Assembly: GCA_964016885.1 (NCBI GenBank)
Contig: OZ024740.1
Coordinates: 76,818,001-76,882,000, forward strand
Length of the DNA: 64,000 nucleotides
DNA from: Eledone cirrhosa
Lineage: Eukaryota
Reading direction: 5' to 3'
Below are positions 13,321 through 26,835 of the stretch, one piece after another. A program made the translations under genes and the position numbers. How positions within the stretch are numbered: the stretch's first letter is position 1; each line of letters starts with the position of its first letter. The notes beneath the pieces are model-generated. The model saw nothing but the letters and a program-made list of their open reading frames with translations. It did not search any database and was not told the DNA's origin.

Positions 13321-13597
13321 TACTCTTGGGTCCCAAATGTCAATACGAAAGTAGTTTAAATATTCATTTATTATGGCTAAGTGATGAAACTTGTTACTCT
13401 GGAGTCTCACCTGGGTACTCACAGGACCATCAGACAAGACTGGTGATCATGTCAGTGCGCAGGTGAAACTTTAGAGTAATAAATCTCACCAATAACCATA
13501 ATAAATGAATGTATATAAATATATATATATGTAGGAGGGGGAGAAATTGGATATAATATCAGTTTCGTGCCAAATGCGAAGAAACTCGATATATTAA

Positions 13598-14046
13598 CCC
13601 CTTAGGATCGGGTACAGCGCCTAATTTTTTAAAAATTATATGCTGGAACTGTGGGAAGCATGCCTTCCCACCTTAATAATTATATTTGACTCCCCAAACT
13701 ACCAAAACACACATCTATTTGGATATGCGCTACAATTTATGTACATGTTATGTTTATTGCATATCGAAGTTTTCTGGCCATTTTAGAGTGATCTAAACTA
13801 ATCACTATAACTAAATTGACCAAATTCCGCCCCCCCCCCCCCAATGCTGTATAAGCAGTGGTAACTTTTGAATATAAATTTACTCCTACTTTGTTTCGTT
13901 CAGAAATTGTAGTTTACGTCTCTACGACTGTGTAGAAAGTATAAAATACTGTTTTTAACATTATTATTTCAGAGTTAAATAACAATAATAGCATAAAACA
14001 CATTATTTCACCTATTTATGAGCAACAAATGGTACCATTAATAGGG
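13598..14046. mobile_element. piggyBac-like non-autonomous element
   Basis: TTAA-CCC ... GGG-TTAA ends; TIRs diverged. Confidence 0.4.
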
Positions 14047-15237
14047 TTAAATAAAGTCAGCCATTATAAAAACCCAAGAATAACCAGATAACAGCACAAG
14101 GACAAAATACAGTCATTCGATATGAAAACCGTTTTAATGAGACTCGTAGAGATAACTAAATCCAAAACGCGAAGAAGAAAACAAAATAGACCTACTTCAC
14201 ATTTCCTTCTTAAAGCCAGATCTTTTATAAATTATAATTATATATAACTGTTTTGAATAATCAATCCATGTATTAGCTGACTTAACATTAGATATTGCTT
14301 TTGAGGAGAAAAATTCATATGTACAAATTCAGAGTCAATAAATTTATTCCAAGTAGGCAAATTATACCCGTTGGAGGTAACTTTACCCCAGGTTAAAAAC
14401 CTCTGTTCTAAAAAGATTCAGGGAGTCTTCAGTAAAAAATATTTGTGTGGATTTTGGATCCACTGATTGGCTAATTCTGAAGAAATTTAACATTGACTTG
14501 GAAAGAATCGAACAAAATCCCAAGTTTTAATGGCTGTAGGATTATTATAAAGATATTCAGATAATTGTTCTTTACCTATGAAAAATATATGAGTGTCAAC
14601 ACACAGCATGTTCACCTATATTAACCTAATTTAATGTTATGATTAAGGTGTGTTAAAACTATACTAAACGAAACCAGGGAAAACAATTGTTAGTAAATCT
14701 CTCTCTTTTGCTATAAATTGTTTTATTTAACAGTTAGCTGCTTTGTCTGATATGCTGGTAGTGATATCACTTATGGCATATTTGTGTGTGTCTACTAATT
14801 ATTGAAACTATAGTAAATAAGATTAATGTCTCCTGAATCCACAAGCGAGGTTAGCTGTTAAATTTTTCCAGTAATCGATTCATATGTAAAATATTTTCTG
14901 TGGCAACTTTCTTAGCTATTACCACGGACGCCATTAATACAATTGAGAAAAGAATGAATGTCACACAATCATATCTCTTTCCATTGTGAACTGTTCTGAC
15001 ATGTTTCTACTAAAAAGAAAAAAAAATCAATTATCATTTGGTATATTCACCCATTAGAACGCTGCTCGCGTCGGTTCTGCTCTACAGACATCGTTTATTT
15101 TAGACAAGAATATGGAAACGTTCATTTAAAACACGATGAAAAACAATGAAAGGGAGTTTGGATGGATATAATAGCTTTAACTTCTGACAGTCGCAATTGT
15201 TATCCTTTCTTTTTTTCTCACAGGGTAATGATAATAA

Positions 15238-15423
15238 TAATTGTTTCTACTTTAGGCACAAGGCCAACAATGTTGGGGAAGAGGAAAGTCGATTAAATCG
15301 AGCCAGTGCATCACTGGTACTTTTATCGACCCCGTGAGGATGAAAGGCAAAGCTAATCTCGGCAGGATTTGAACTCAGATCGTAAAGGGCCGTCACTCTA
15401 TGTCACAAGCATATTGTCCGATG
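15238..15423 (-). mobile_element. Deu/Nin SINE, 5' end abutting the Tx1 copy A tail
   Basis: Core and B box present; A box lost. Confidence 0.85.
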
Positions 15424-15427
15424 GTTA

Positions 15428-18400
15428 ATAATAATAATGATTTCATTTATTGGCCACAAGGGCCGACATATAGGGGACAATACAAAAGACTGGGACAGTG
15501 GGGTTTTACAGAAAAATCGAGTAAACAATATAAAATAAAGTAACAATAACAAAGTAACAATAAAGTAACAAGAAAATTACAACAAGAAAACATTCCCCAA
15601 TAGGGGGGATGACCACTTAGGGTTCGCTCAGGTACCCCACAGATCCTGAACGACCCGACACTTCGAGAGAACCCTGGAAGGGCACCCATCTCTTCTTCAA
15701 ATTTACCTACCTACTGCCGCATGACCAGAGTAGGCCCACTCACACGGGCCATTCTCGCCACATTCATCCACCTATCAGCAAATGTACTGGGGGGTGGCAG
15801 CTCTTCTCTCTCCACCCTCACCTTCCTTTCCAAGTGAAACTTGAAAAAGTTGATGAGGGATTGGCCGAAGAGAAAAGTGTCTGTCTTCAGTCCTTTCAAC
15901 CTCGTCCACCATACAACCTCTTTCGCTACTGCCACCAGACAGAGCAAAATTTCCTGCCCTTCCTGGCCAAAAGAAGGCGGCGGGTCGATCTTCACTATGG
16001 ACTCGGCCGATAGCCGGATCCGTTCTACACGCGACAACAGCTGTTCAACATAACTCCACAAGTCAGTAATGCACGGACACTGGACGAGTGCGTGCAGAAC
16101 GGTTTCATCGCTCTGCGCGCATCTCGGGCAGGTCCGTCTGACAGCACTTCCGTGCCTGTAGAGTTTATCTCGAACCGGTAGTGCCCCCCGGAAGCACTGC
16201 CAAGCGAGGGATTTTTGGAAATTATCCATCGTCCCCGGCTCGAAAGTCCTCCGGTACAGACTGGTCAGTTCGACTTCGTTGACTCCCAGAGCCTCTCCGA
16301 GTGCGTCGTCGCACTTGCCCACTACTAATCCTCTATAGAACTCGAGAGTGGAAGTTCCACTGACCGCATTGCCCGCCTGGTAGAGGGCAGTGAGTGCCTG
16401 GCAACATTCCAGATGCCAGTCACCCAGTCTCGGTCTCTTCTTGACCCAGGACTGCAACTCAGACAAAGAAACGAGTTGCGGAAAGGCCCGTCTGAAAAAC
16501 GACGATTACACCTGTTCACCGTTTAGGCAGAATATCTGGAGATGCCGCAGCATCAGCGCGTGCCTGCGCATCATTAGCCATGACATGCCCAGCCCTCCAC
16601 GTAGAGGAACCTCACCCCTCCACAAGAATTTGAAAAGGAGCCGCTCCAAGATGGCGAGGCGCGAACGGGGGCAAGGGACGACAGTCAGACGGTAGTAGAT
16701 GACGGACGCGATGTACGCGTTCGCCACCTCCGCCCGACCTTTCAGTGATAGCTTCATCCCAGCCCATTTCTGGGTGAGACTGACTACCCTGCCCGTCATC
16801 TCGTCCCAATTCTTATCCACCTGGAGGTCTAGCCCGAACCAAACCCCTAGCAACTTTACCGGTCCGTCCGTCCAGCGCCTAACGACGCTGTTGGACGGCA
16901 TAGACTTGCCTCTCCAGGTGCCGAGTTGCAAGCCCACTGACTTTTCCGGGTTAAGTTTTGCTCCCGTCAACCTTTCATATTCCTCCAATAAGTTGCCGAC
17001 CACCTCGATTTCTGAGGTGTCCGACACCATCACGGTGATGTCGTCCGCATAAGCCGACACAGCCTTTCCGCATCCCGGTTCGAGCGGGATGCCCTGCAAC
17101 AGCTCCAGCTTCCGCAGTAAAGGCTCGAGAGTCAATACGTACAGAAGGGAGGAGAGAGGGCACTCTTGACGGATCGATCGGGAGACCTGAAACGGTTCCG
17201 AGAGGTGGCCATTAATTTTGACCATCGAGCAGGTGCCGCTGTGCATTGCATCGATCCATCTTCTGAAGACGGGGCCGAAGCCAGCCGCCTTGAGGACAGC
17301 CTCCGGGTACAGATGGTCGACTCTATCGAATGCTTTCGATTGATCTAAATTGATCAGAGCCCCACCGAAGCCAGGTTTACACCAAACCCTCTCTATGATG
17401 TATCGCATTAGGTGGAGGTTGTCGTGTATGGACCTGGTTGGGATTGCGCAAGTTTGCACCTCCCCAACCAAATCCCCGACGACAAGCGCCAACCTCTTCG
17501 TTAACACCCTGGCCAAAATCTTAAACTCTGTTGAGCAGAGTTATGGGCCTAAAATTGTCTAATGTGTCCCTCTTGTTCTCGTCTTTCCTTATCAGCGTCA
17601 CTACGCCCCGGTTCACAGAACTGGGAATACTCCCGTTTTGCTGCCAGTTGCAGTAGAGCGCTTCGAGGAGATTGGAGAACAAGTCTGGCATATTTACGTA
17701 AAGCTCGTAGGGAAGACCATCCAAACCGGATGACTTGCGCCTCATGCAGCCTACAAGGGCATCCTGAATCTCGGCTGAAGTAATTGGCCTTTCGCAGCGC
17801 CCAGCGTCAGCCGTCGAGAGTTGTGGCAAGCCATCGAGGTAGGGACTGAAGTCCGCCACCATCTCTGACCCGCCACTTCCCCCGAACAACCGAGCAAAAT
17901 GTTGGCGAAAGGCCTCACACATACTCTTGGAATCGCTCAGCTCGAGCCCGTCTCGGTCCGTCAAAGACCGAATCGTGGTTTTATTACCACGCTGCGCCTC
18001 TGCCACGCGGGCCCATCGAACAGCTTTGGTTCCCTCGTTTCTCAGAGCACGCGCCTTAGCTCTGACAATGCAACCTTCGTGTTTCGCATTGAACAAATGG
18101 TCTAATGCCATTCTCGCCGCTAGCACATCAGTTGCAATGCCACTACCAATAGCCTCGTCTAACTTATCTACCAACTCTCCCTCCTTTCTATTTTTCTCTA
18201 ATGCTACTTCTTTGCTAAACTCTAGTGACATTACTCTAATCTCTCTTTTGAGAGCCCCCCACCATCTATTGTTGACGACTCACCCTGTCAACTTTTTCTT
18301 AACTAAATTGTTGACCTGGTCCCTGTAAGCCTTACGTGCCGGAAATGACATGTTTAGCTTCCAGTAACCAGGTCCTAACCTGTGCGACTTATCTAGGTCG

Positions 18401-20138
18401 ACCATACAGATCACAAACTTGTGATCTGAATAGGCGACCGTTTCAAAACGTGGACAGCTTACACTATTTTTGTCTATTTTCCTAATGAATATCCTGTCTA
18501 TATACGATCTAGATGACCCTATGCGGTTAGTCCAGGTCCACACTGGCGCATTAGGGAAATCTAGTCGGTGCCTGTCAGACAGTTGGAACTGGCTGATCAG
18601 GTTCTTGAGGCTCTTTTGCACCCCCGCTCCTATCGGATACTCCCACACAGTCCCAGCGTGCGTCTAAGATGCCGTTCCAGTCCCCCGCTAACAGTAAAAG
18701 GCGAGACGTACCCAGAAAGACCCCAGTAGGAGCATAGATGGCCACCAGTCTAAAGGCACCACCTTCGTTATTGATCACGTCCAAGACTACCAACTTCCCG
18801 TCCGGGTCCCGGAAGATCGACCTTACCTCGAGATCCAGGCCTTTCCTAAACAGCACTGCCACCCCGCCTCCCATTCCCGGCCGGCTAACAGATGCAAAGA
18901 TCTGATAGTCGTCGAAAATGGGGGCTAGTGCGCGCGTGTCGGAAATCCTGGTCTCGCTGACGGCAATTACATCCATTTCTATAGACCTGATGTCGTTGAG
19001 CAGGTGACCCTGCTTCCAGGACGATCCCAGGCCTCGAACATTTAAACATCCTACTCTTAATACGGCCATGTTGGCAGGTTAAAAAGAGAGAGAGGAAAGG
19101 TTTACTTACCTTCCGGGTTCTTGTGAAGGTCGGGTTGTTCGACCTCCATAGTTAGTGGGGTTTCTTTTGGGAACCCCTTTAAAAGTCTTGAATGGGTTTT
19201 ACGTTCGGGGTTCCCACGTCCCGAGGAAAGCTGTCTCGTATATCTTTGTATAAATCGAGCGACATTCGCACCAGAACCAAATCTTCCGGCACGCGAAATG
19301 TGCTCGATTTAAAAATCCCCCCCCCCTGTTTTTGGTTTGTGCTGAGATGCATCTATAATGCACTGTTCTGCGCTCCACTGCCTCAATAGCTTCTACTGGG
19401 ACAGTTAAGTTGGCCCAGGTTTACTCTTGCTTGATGAGCTTCCATGCCTGAGCCAACTTTTCCTCTTTGTTTGAGAGGTCCATGTTGAAGCATGGCCTCT
19501 TTTTTGCTGCTGCCGCAGCGAAAGTGTTCTTCTTGTTTTCGTTGGGGGTGTTGTTGTCGTTGTCGTTGTTCTTGTTGGTGTTGTTGTTATCACTGTCGCT
19601 GTTATCATTGTTGTCTTTGTTGCCACCGTTGTTCTCGGTGCAGTTGGTATTGTTGCTGTTGGTGTTGTCGCTATTTGTTTTCATGTTAGTGGTGTTGATA
19701 TTGTTGTTGTATTTGTTATTTTTATTTTGTTATTTGTATTTTCGTTGTCGCTGTTACTGTCATTTTTTTCAAAATTAGTGTTCTCATTCGTATCATTGGT
19801 GTCTTTGTTTACATTGTTTGTGGTGGTGTTTGTGTTATCAATTTGTGTTAATTTCGCTGTAGCGCTCCTCTCAACTTCTACGTCGTTGTCGCACGATAGC
19901 AGACATATCGCTGGGGGGCGTGGCTCAGCCATGTTTTTTTTTCTCCGTAAATTTTTTTAAATGTAAAAAAAGTTCAAATATTTGGGCCAAAAGGCCCAAA
20001 TATTATACTTTCCCTCTTCACAGGGCAAAGTCTAAGGGCTTATATCCTTTACACAACAAGAAATATTTAACAACAAATAATTTTAACAGGCAAATAATGC
20101 GACTTACTAGGAGCGTGCAAAATACGTCCGATTAGACC
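15428..20138 (-). mobile_element. Tx1-clade (L1 group) LINE copy A, both ends present, ORF1 apparently internally deleted
   Basis: 5' GGTCTAATCGGACGT..., APE endonuclease and RT, C-terminal CxxC zinc region, 3' (ATT)n tail. Confidence 0.92.
15711..19069 (-). pseudogene. Tx1 ORF2 (APE endonuclease-RT), frameshifted
   Basis: CLNVRGL, SETR, AGDWN, YIDRIF, YSDHK, GYWKLN, SSGLDG, NFRPITLLN, DQSKAFDRV, YADDIT, CPRC..DETVLHALVQC across several frames. Confidence 0.93.
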
Positions 20139-20193
<55 letters not shown>

Positions 20194-21088
20194 GTAGTAG
20201 TAATGATAATAATAATGATTTCATTTATTAACCACAAGGGCCGACATGTAGGGGACAATACAAAGACAGGGACAGTGGGGGTTTACAATAAGGTCGAGTA
20301 AAAGTTCACAATGGCTAGACTAATTTAACAATGAAAATATAAAAATATAAAATAAACTATGCATAAATATAACAAAATAAATTCCCCGATAGGGAGTGGA
20401 CGACCCTGGGGTGATTCGGGTACCCCACCAATCCTGAACTACCCTGCGCTTCTAGGGCACCCATGGAGCACACCCCCTCTCCTCAAGCTAGCTAGCCTAT
20501 AGGCGCATGACCAGAGTAGGCCCATTCACACGAGCCATTCTCGCGACATTCACCCACCTTTTAGCAAATGTACTGGGGGGCAGCACTTCTCTCTCCACCC
20601 TCACCTTGCTTTCCAGGTGAAACTTGAAGAAGTTGATGAGGGATTGGCCGAAGAGAAAAGTGTCTGTCTTCAGTCCTTTTAACCTGGTCCACCATATAAC
20701 CTCTTTCGCAACTGCCACCAGACAGAGGAAAATTTCCTACTCCTCCTGACCCAAGGAAGGCGGTGGGTCGATTTTCACTATGGACTCGGCCGATAGCCGG
20801 ATTCGTTCTACACGCGACAGTAGCTGTTCGACATAACTCCACAAGTCAGTAATGCACGGACATTGGACAAGTGCGTGCAAAACGTTTTCGTCGTTCTGTG
20901 CGCATCTTGGGCAGGTCCGTCTGACAGCACTTCCATGCCTGTAGAGTTTATCCCGAACCGGGAGTGCCCCCCGGTAGCACTGCCAAGCGAGGGATTTCTG
21001 GAAATTGTCCATCGTCCCCGACTCAAAAGTCCTCCGGTACAGACTGGTCAGTTCGACTTCGTCGAGGCCCAAAGCTTCTCCGAGTGCG
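20139..21088 (-). mobile_element. Tx1 LINE copy B, 5'-truncated, long (ATT)n tail
   Basis: Highly similar to the 3' end of copy A ORF2 (GALPVRDKLYRHGS, CPRCAQ). Confidence 0.92.
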
Positions 21089-21414
21089 ATGAAATGATAA
21101 TAATAATAATAATGATTATTTTATTGGCCACAAGGGCTGACATCAAGAAAAAACATTACAGACGGCACAGGGCGGTACAGGACGGTACGATGTGGGTTTG
21201 TTCGTGTAAATATGTTTAAAATTTATATAACAAAAGAAAAAAAAGACAGAAACATATATATATATAAACAATAAAAATGAAAATTGAAACAATGAAAAAT
21301 TCCCCAATAGAGGGGAAACCTCCGAGGGTTACTCGTGGCGAAAACTACGCAAAAGACCACGGCCACCCTGACCACCAGGGCAAGCGTCCTCTCTCAATGT
21401 TTCCATCTCTCAAA

Positions 21415-24400
21415 CTACAGGCGTATATTCAGAGCGGTTCCGTTCACTCGGACCATTCTCGCTACATTCATCCACCTTTCAACAACTTGCTAGAAAGCAG
21501 CACTTGCCTCTCCACCCTGATTTTCCTCTTCAAGTGAAACTTGAAAAAGTTAATTAGGGATTCGCCGAAGAGGAAAGTGTCTGTATTTAACTCTTTCAAC
21601 CTTGTCCACCACACAATCTCTTTCGCCATGGCCACCAGGCAGATGAAAACCGCCTGCCCTTCCTCCTCGAAGGAAGACGGCGAGACCATCTCCATAACCG
21701 GATCAGTCCTACACGCGACAGCCACTGTTCGACATAGCTCCACAATTCATTAATGCTCGGGCACTGAACGAGTGTTTGCACGACGGTTTCGTCGCTCTGC
21801 GCGCATCTTGTACAGGCTAGACTGACGGCACTTCCGTGCCTGTAGAGCTTATCTCGAACCGGCAGCGCTCCCCGGTAGCACTGCCAGGCCAAGGATTTTT
21901 GGAAGTTATCCATAGGCACTGGATCTCTCCGAGAACGTCCTCGCTCTTCCCCTCCACTAGTCCTCTATAGAACGCCGAGGTGGATGTTCCACCGAAACTG
22001 GTGACCTGCTGGCAGAGAGTAGTGAGCGCCTGGAAACATTCCAGTTTCCAAGCGCTATCCCTCGGTCTTTTTCTGACCCAGGACTGCAGCTCCGTCAAGA
22101 GGAGCTGTGGGAAAACGTGCCTGGCGAACAGCGACCACACCTGTTCACCGCCAAAGAAGCACCAGAGATGTCGCAGCCTCAGCGCATGTTTGCGCATCAT
22201 CAGCCATGACATGCCCACTCCTCCACGCAACGGGTGTTGACAGCAGATGGATCGTCTGACCATCGGAGCGCGTCCCTTCCACAAAAATCGGAAGAGGAGG
22301 CGCTCCATTTTGGTGAGAGTAGGGCCGGGGCAAGGGACGACGGTGAGGCGGTAGCAGATGACGGATGCGATGTATGCATTCGCCACCTCCCGCAGCCTTT
22401 TAGGGACAGCTTCCTCTCGGCCCATTTCTGGGTGAGGGAGGCCACTTGCTCATCACCTCGTTCCAGTTTTTCTCCATCTAGAGGTCCGGTCCGAACCAGA
22501 CCCCGAGCAATTTAACCGGTCCGTCCATCCAACGCCCCACGACGCTATCGGACAGCGTGGACTTGCCTCTCCAGGTGCCGAGCCGCAAACCCACCGACTT
22601 TTCCTGGTTTATCTTTGCTCCTGTCACCGCTTCGTATTCCTTGAGAGCGGTGCCGAGAATCTGGACGTGTCTAGTGCACCACACCACCACGGTGACGTCG
22701 TCGGCGTAAGTTGACTCGGATTTCCCGCATCCTAGTTCGCGTGGGACGCCCCTCATCGCTCCCAGTTTGTGCAGTAACGGCTCGAGAGCCAATACGTACA
22801 AGAGGGACGAGAGGGGAGAACCCTGGTGGACTGAGCGCATGATGCTCAACGGCTACGAAAGGTGACCGTTCACCCTCACAACTGAGCAGATGTCGCTGTA
22901 CATCGCAGCGATCCAACCCTGAAAACGGGCCCGAAACCGGCTACCTCGAGGACTGCCACCAGGTACCGATGGTCGACCCTATCGAATGCTTTGGATTGAT
23001 CCAAGTTGGTCAGAGCCCCACCCGTGCCAGGTTCCTTAACCACCCTCTCTATGATATATTGCATGAGGTGGAGGTTGTCGTGTATGGATCGCATGTCTGC
23101 GCCTCTCCCACCAGACCCTTGACGACAAGCGCCAACCTCGTTGCTAACACCTTGGTCAAAATCTTGAACTCTGTGTTTAGCAGTGTTATGGGCCTGAAAT
23201 TATCGATAACATCCCCCTTGTTCGGGTATTTTCTCAGCAGCGCCACCGCTCCCCGGCTCACTAAACTGGGAATGCTCCCGTTCTGCTGCCAGTTGCAGTA
23301 GACGTCTGCTAAGAGGTCACCGAACAAGTCTGGCATAAATGCATAAAGCTCGTAGGGCAGACCATCCAAACCTGGCGATTTACCCCTCGTGCAGTTAGCC
23401 ATCGCTTCCCGTATTTCACCGGCTGTTATTGGCTTTTCGCAATACTGTGCTGCAGTCGTCGAGAGCCGAGGCAGTCCGTCGAGGTATGCACTGAAGTCCA
23501 TGCCCCGATCCGAGCCGCCGCTGCTCCCGAACAGTTCAGCAAAGTGCTGCTGAAAAGCTTCACACATCTGCTCCGGTTCGAGCAACACGCACCCGTTTTG
23601 GTCAGACAAAGACCGAATTGTGGCTTTGTTGCCACGTCGCGCCTCTGCCACCCGGGCTCATTGGACGGCTTTTGTCCCCTCGTGTTTCAGAGCCCGCGCT
23701 CTAGCTCTGACAATGCAGCCTTCGTGTTTTGCGTTGAACAATTGGTCGAGTGCCAATCTCGCCGCAAGCACGTCGGTTGCGATGGTCTGTCCTAAACGCC
23801 TCTTCTAGCTTTCTGACTAGCTCTTCCTCTACTCTATTTTCCTCTATCACTACTCCTTTTCTAAACCTAATCGACTCTACTTTAATTGCCCTTTTCAGGG
23901 CGAACCACCACCTGTTGTTGACGACCGCTCCCGTCAACGCCCGCTTAACTAATACGCTAATCCGGTCTCCGTAGGCTTTGCGCGCCGGGAAGGACGCGCT
24001 CAGCTTCCAGTAACCGGGCCCTTGTCTATGAAGTCTGTCTATGTCGATCTCACAGATCACAAACTTATGGTTTGTGTAGTCGACTATTTTAAATTGTGGA
24101 CAACTTATACTAGCCTTATCTAGTTCTCTGCAGAATACCCTATCGAGATACGATCTGGATGACCCGATGCGGTTTGTCCATGTCCACATTGGCACATTCG
24201 GGTGATCCAGCCGATACTTGTCAGAGAGTTCAAAACGTCTGAGCAGGTTGGTGAGGCTCTTGCACCCTCCTCCCCTATCCACTATCCCCACACAATCCCA
24301 GCGTGCATCCAAGATACCGTTCCAGTCGCCCACTAACACTAAAAAGCGGGACGTTCCAAGAAAGGTATCTAGACGTCTGAAGAAATCTGGCTGTCCTGCC

Positions 24401-24748
24401 CCTGTTGGGGAGTAGACGGCTACTAGCCTGAAAGCATTGCCTTCTCTGCCGGTCACGTCCAGCACCACCGACTTACCTTCTGGTTCTAGGAAGATGGCCC
24501 GTATGGCGAGATTCAAGCCTTTCCGATAAAAGACGGCAACCCCTCCCCCGATCCTGGACGGCTGGGAGATGCGTATACATCGTAGCCGCCGAAGATCGGT
24601 GCAAAGGCTTGTGCTTCGGAGATTCTGGTCTCTCACTGATGTCCACCACATCTATGTTTAGTGACCTGAGGTCGTTGAGCAGGTGACCCTGCTTCCAAGA
24701 TGACCCCAGGCCACGTGCATTTATACTGCCTATTCTGAGTACGGCCAT
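21415..24748 (-). pseudogene. Tx1 ORF2 of copy C, frameshifted
   Basis: SINARGL, VGDWN, YLDRVF, KSPGLDG, NFRPITLLNTEFKIL, DQSKAFDRV, QGSPLS, YADDVT. Confidence 0.93.
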
Positions 24749-24784
24749 GTTGGATGAGAAACGGGGCAAGTGAGAAAGGGTCAC

Positions 24785-26809
24785 TTACCTTGATCGTGTG
24801 GTGAAGGGACAGTAGAACCGTCCCTTTCGCTGGTCATGGGTGTTTTTTCAAGAGGATATCAGTGTATATCCTCTTGGTAACCGACCCTCTAAAATCTCCA
24901 ACTGCGTTGGGGAATTTTTGTTTTAAAGGTTTGTACTGTTCTATTGAGATTTCAATGATGCTTATGTTTGTCGCGAGAGTTCTTGGTGTTGGTGGGGTGT
25001 AGTAGTTTTTTCTGTGATGTCTGTGTGCTGCTTTATATATTGTATGAGTTCTTTTTTTTGCTATGTTTATGACTGTGTACTTTTTGGGTGGAGGGTGATC
25101 TTGTTGCTGTTTTCTTCTTGTTGCCGTTTGGTGTGTGTGTTTTGTTTTGTTTGCGTTGTTGGTTTTTTGGTGATGCTGGTGGTGGTGTGGTTGTTGTTGG
25201 CGGTGATGCTTGTGGTGGTGATGGTGATGGTGGTGGTGTTGCTGCAAATTTCCTTGCTGCCTTTACCTCTCTTTGTGTGCCTTCGCTTTTGGAGGGTGAA
25301 TCTAAGGGGTTTTTTCTATTTTCTTTTTCGTGGCAGACCGTTTGCCACTTCACTCCCGCCTCAAACTCCATGTCGGATTCCGTGGCGTCTGGGAGGGGTA
25401 GGCGCTCCAGGGTTGTTGTTTGTGGTAGTGGAGCCCTCTTCGGCAATTTTGTTGCTGGTGTAGCTACTTCAAATGTAGCTATTGGTGTTGCCGCCACTGA
25501 TGCTGCTGCTTTAGTTGTCCGTGCCTTGGTACGGGTGCCATGAACGTTGCTCTCCTACTCACCGGGGAAGGGGCTTCTGCGTTTGTTACCTGCCCTGATC
25601 TTGGTAGCAGCGGACCAGGTATTGGAAGGAGAGGGGCCTTCTTCTTCGCTGTCTTCTGCGGGCAAAAGGCCATGAGGTGACCCTTTGACCCACAGAGATA
25701 ACATTTTGACCGTCTTCCTTCTACGCTTATAGGGAGTTGGAGTCCTTCCTCGATGTCTATGATATCGGGGATAGCGTCGATACATTCCTGGTCAGTTTGT
25801 ATAAGCATTTGCATGTCTATACCTGACCAGTTCTCTCTCCCTATTTTCTCTACTTCCAGCATAGTCGTCCTGTCCGCGATTCCAGCAAGGACAGACGCGG
25901 CCAGCCAAGGTATGGGCACGTCGGGTGGGACCTTGGTCACTTTGACCCTCACAATTTTCTGCCCGCAGTAGGAGGACACCAAGACTATCTCCTCACTCTT
26001 TAGGGTTTCCAAAGAGTGAGACTTTGCTTCCTGGGGGGTGGCGAAAAGTACGTCTACTGTGGCGTACTTTTTGCTTCGGGTGATGTGGGTTTTGCGTGCC
26101 CAGATGCACCCCAAGGCCTTTTCGATTTGAGCCACCGTGGCTCTCTCCACCCGATGTGAGATTTTGCTTACGGCGCGGTAAGTCACCGTCCGTAGGGGCT
26201 GGTCCTTGAAAAAATCGGGTGGAGGTTTCAGGGAGACTCTATTGGCGCTTCTTGTCACCATGGCCCTTGCGATGCCATCTGTGACTAACACTGTCTCGAT
26301 ATTTCGGGCGACTCCTGCAAAAGAAATGGTCCCTTTTTCAGCAGCACCACTATTGCTGCCGCTACTGGTCTTACTGGTGGTGCTGAGATCGCTATTACAG
26401 GTATCGGTTTCATTGTTGTTCTTTTCGCTGGTACAGTTGTTGGTGTTGTTTTCGTTGATACTGTTGCTGCTGTTACTGTTATTGTGGCTGTTGTTATTAT
26501 TGTTGTTTTTGTTGATACTGTTCCTACTATTATTGTTGTTGTGGCTGTTGTTATTGTCATTGTTATTGGTTATTGTCGTTCTCGACCTTACCGCTGTTAT
26601 TTTTGTTATTGTCGTTCTCGACTTTACCGCTGTTAGTTTTGTTGTTGCTGTTGTTATTGATGGTGTTGTTGTTGGTGTTGTTGTTGGTGTTATTATTGGT
26701 GTTGTTTGTGTTAGAAATATTTGGTAATTTTAAATCTGTAACAATCTTCTTTTCCTTTATAATATTTTCGTTTATATTTACTTCCGCTGGAACGCTGTCT
26801 TGTTGACAT
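24785..26809 (-). pseudogene. Tx1 ORF1 (gag-like, CCHC zinc knuckle, Asn/Thr-rich N-terminus), disrupted
   Basis: CYLCGSKGHLMAFC at 25662-25703; lies upstream of ORF2. Confidence 0.82.
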
Positions 26810-26835
26810 GCTGATAAAGTCTCCCTCTCTCTGTG

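Larger units (their letters stand above)
21094..26833 (-). mobile_element. Tx1 LINE copy C (diverged subfamily), near full length
   Basis: ORF1 with zinc knuckle, ORF2 APE-RT and (ATT)n tail. Confidence 0.92.

Noticed and set aside
14485-14515. CTGAAGA...GAAAGAATC possible hammerhead
   Set aside because: Stems I and II pair poorly; not distinguishable from chance.
15711-24748. Intact active Tx1 polyprotein
   Set aside because: Both ORF2 copies contain multiple frameshifts; treated as pseudogenes, although sequencing errors are not excluded.
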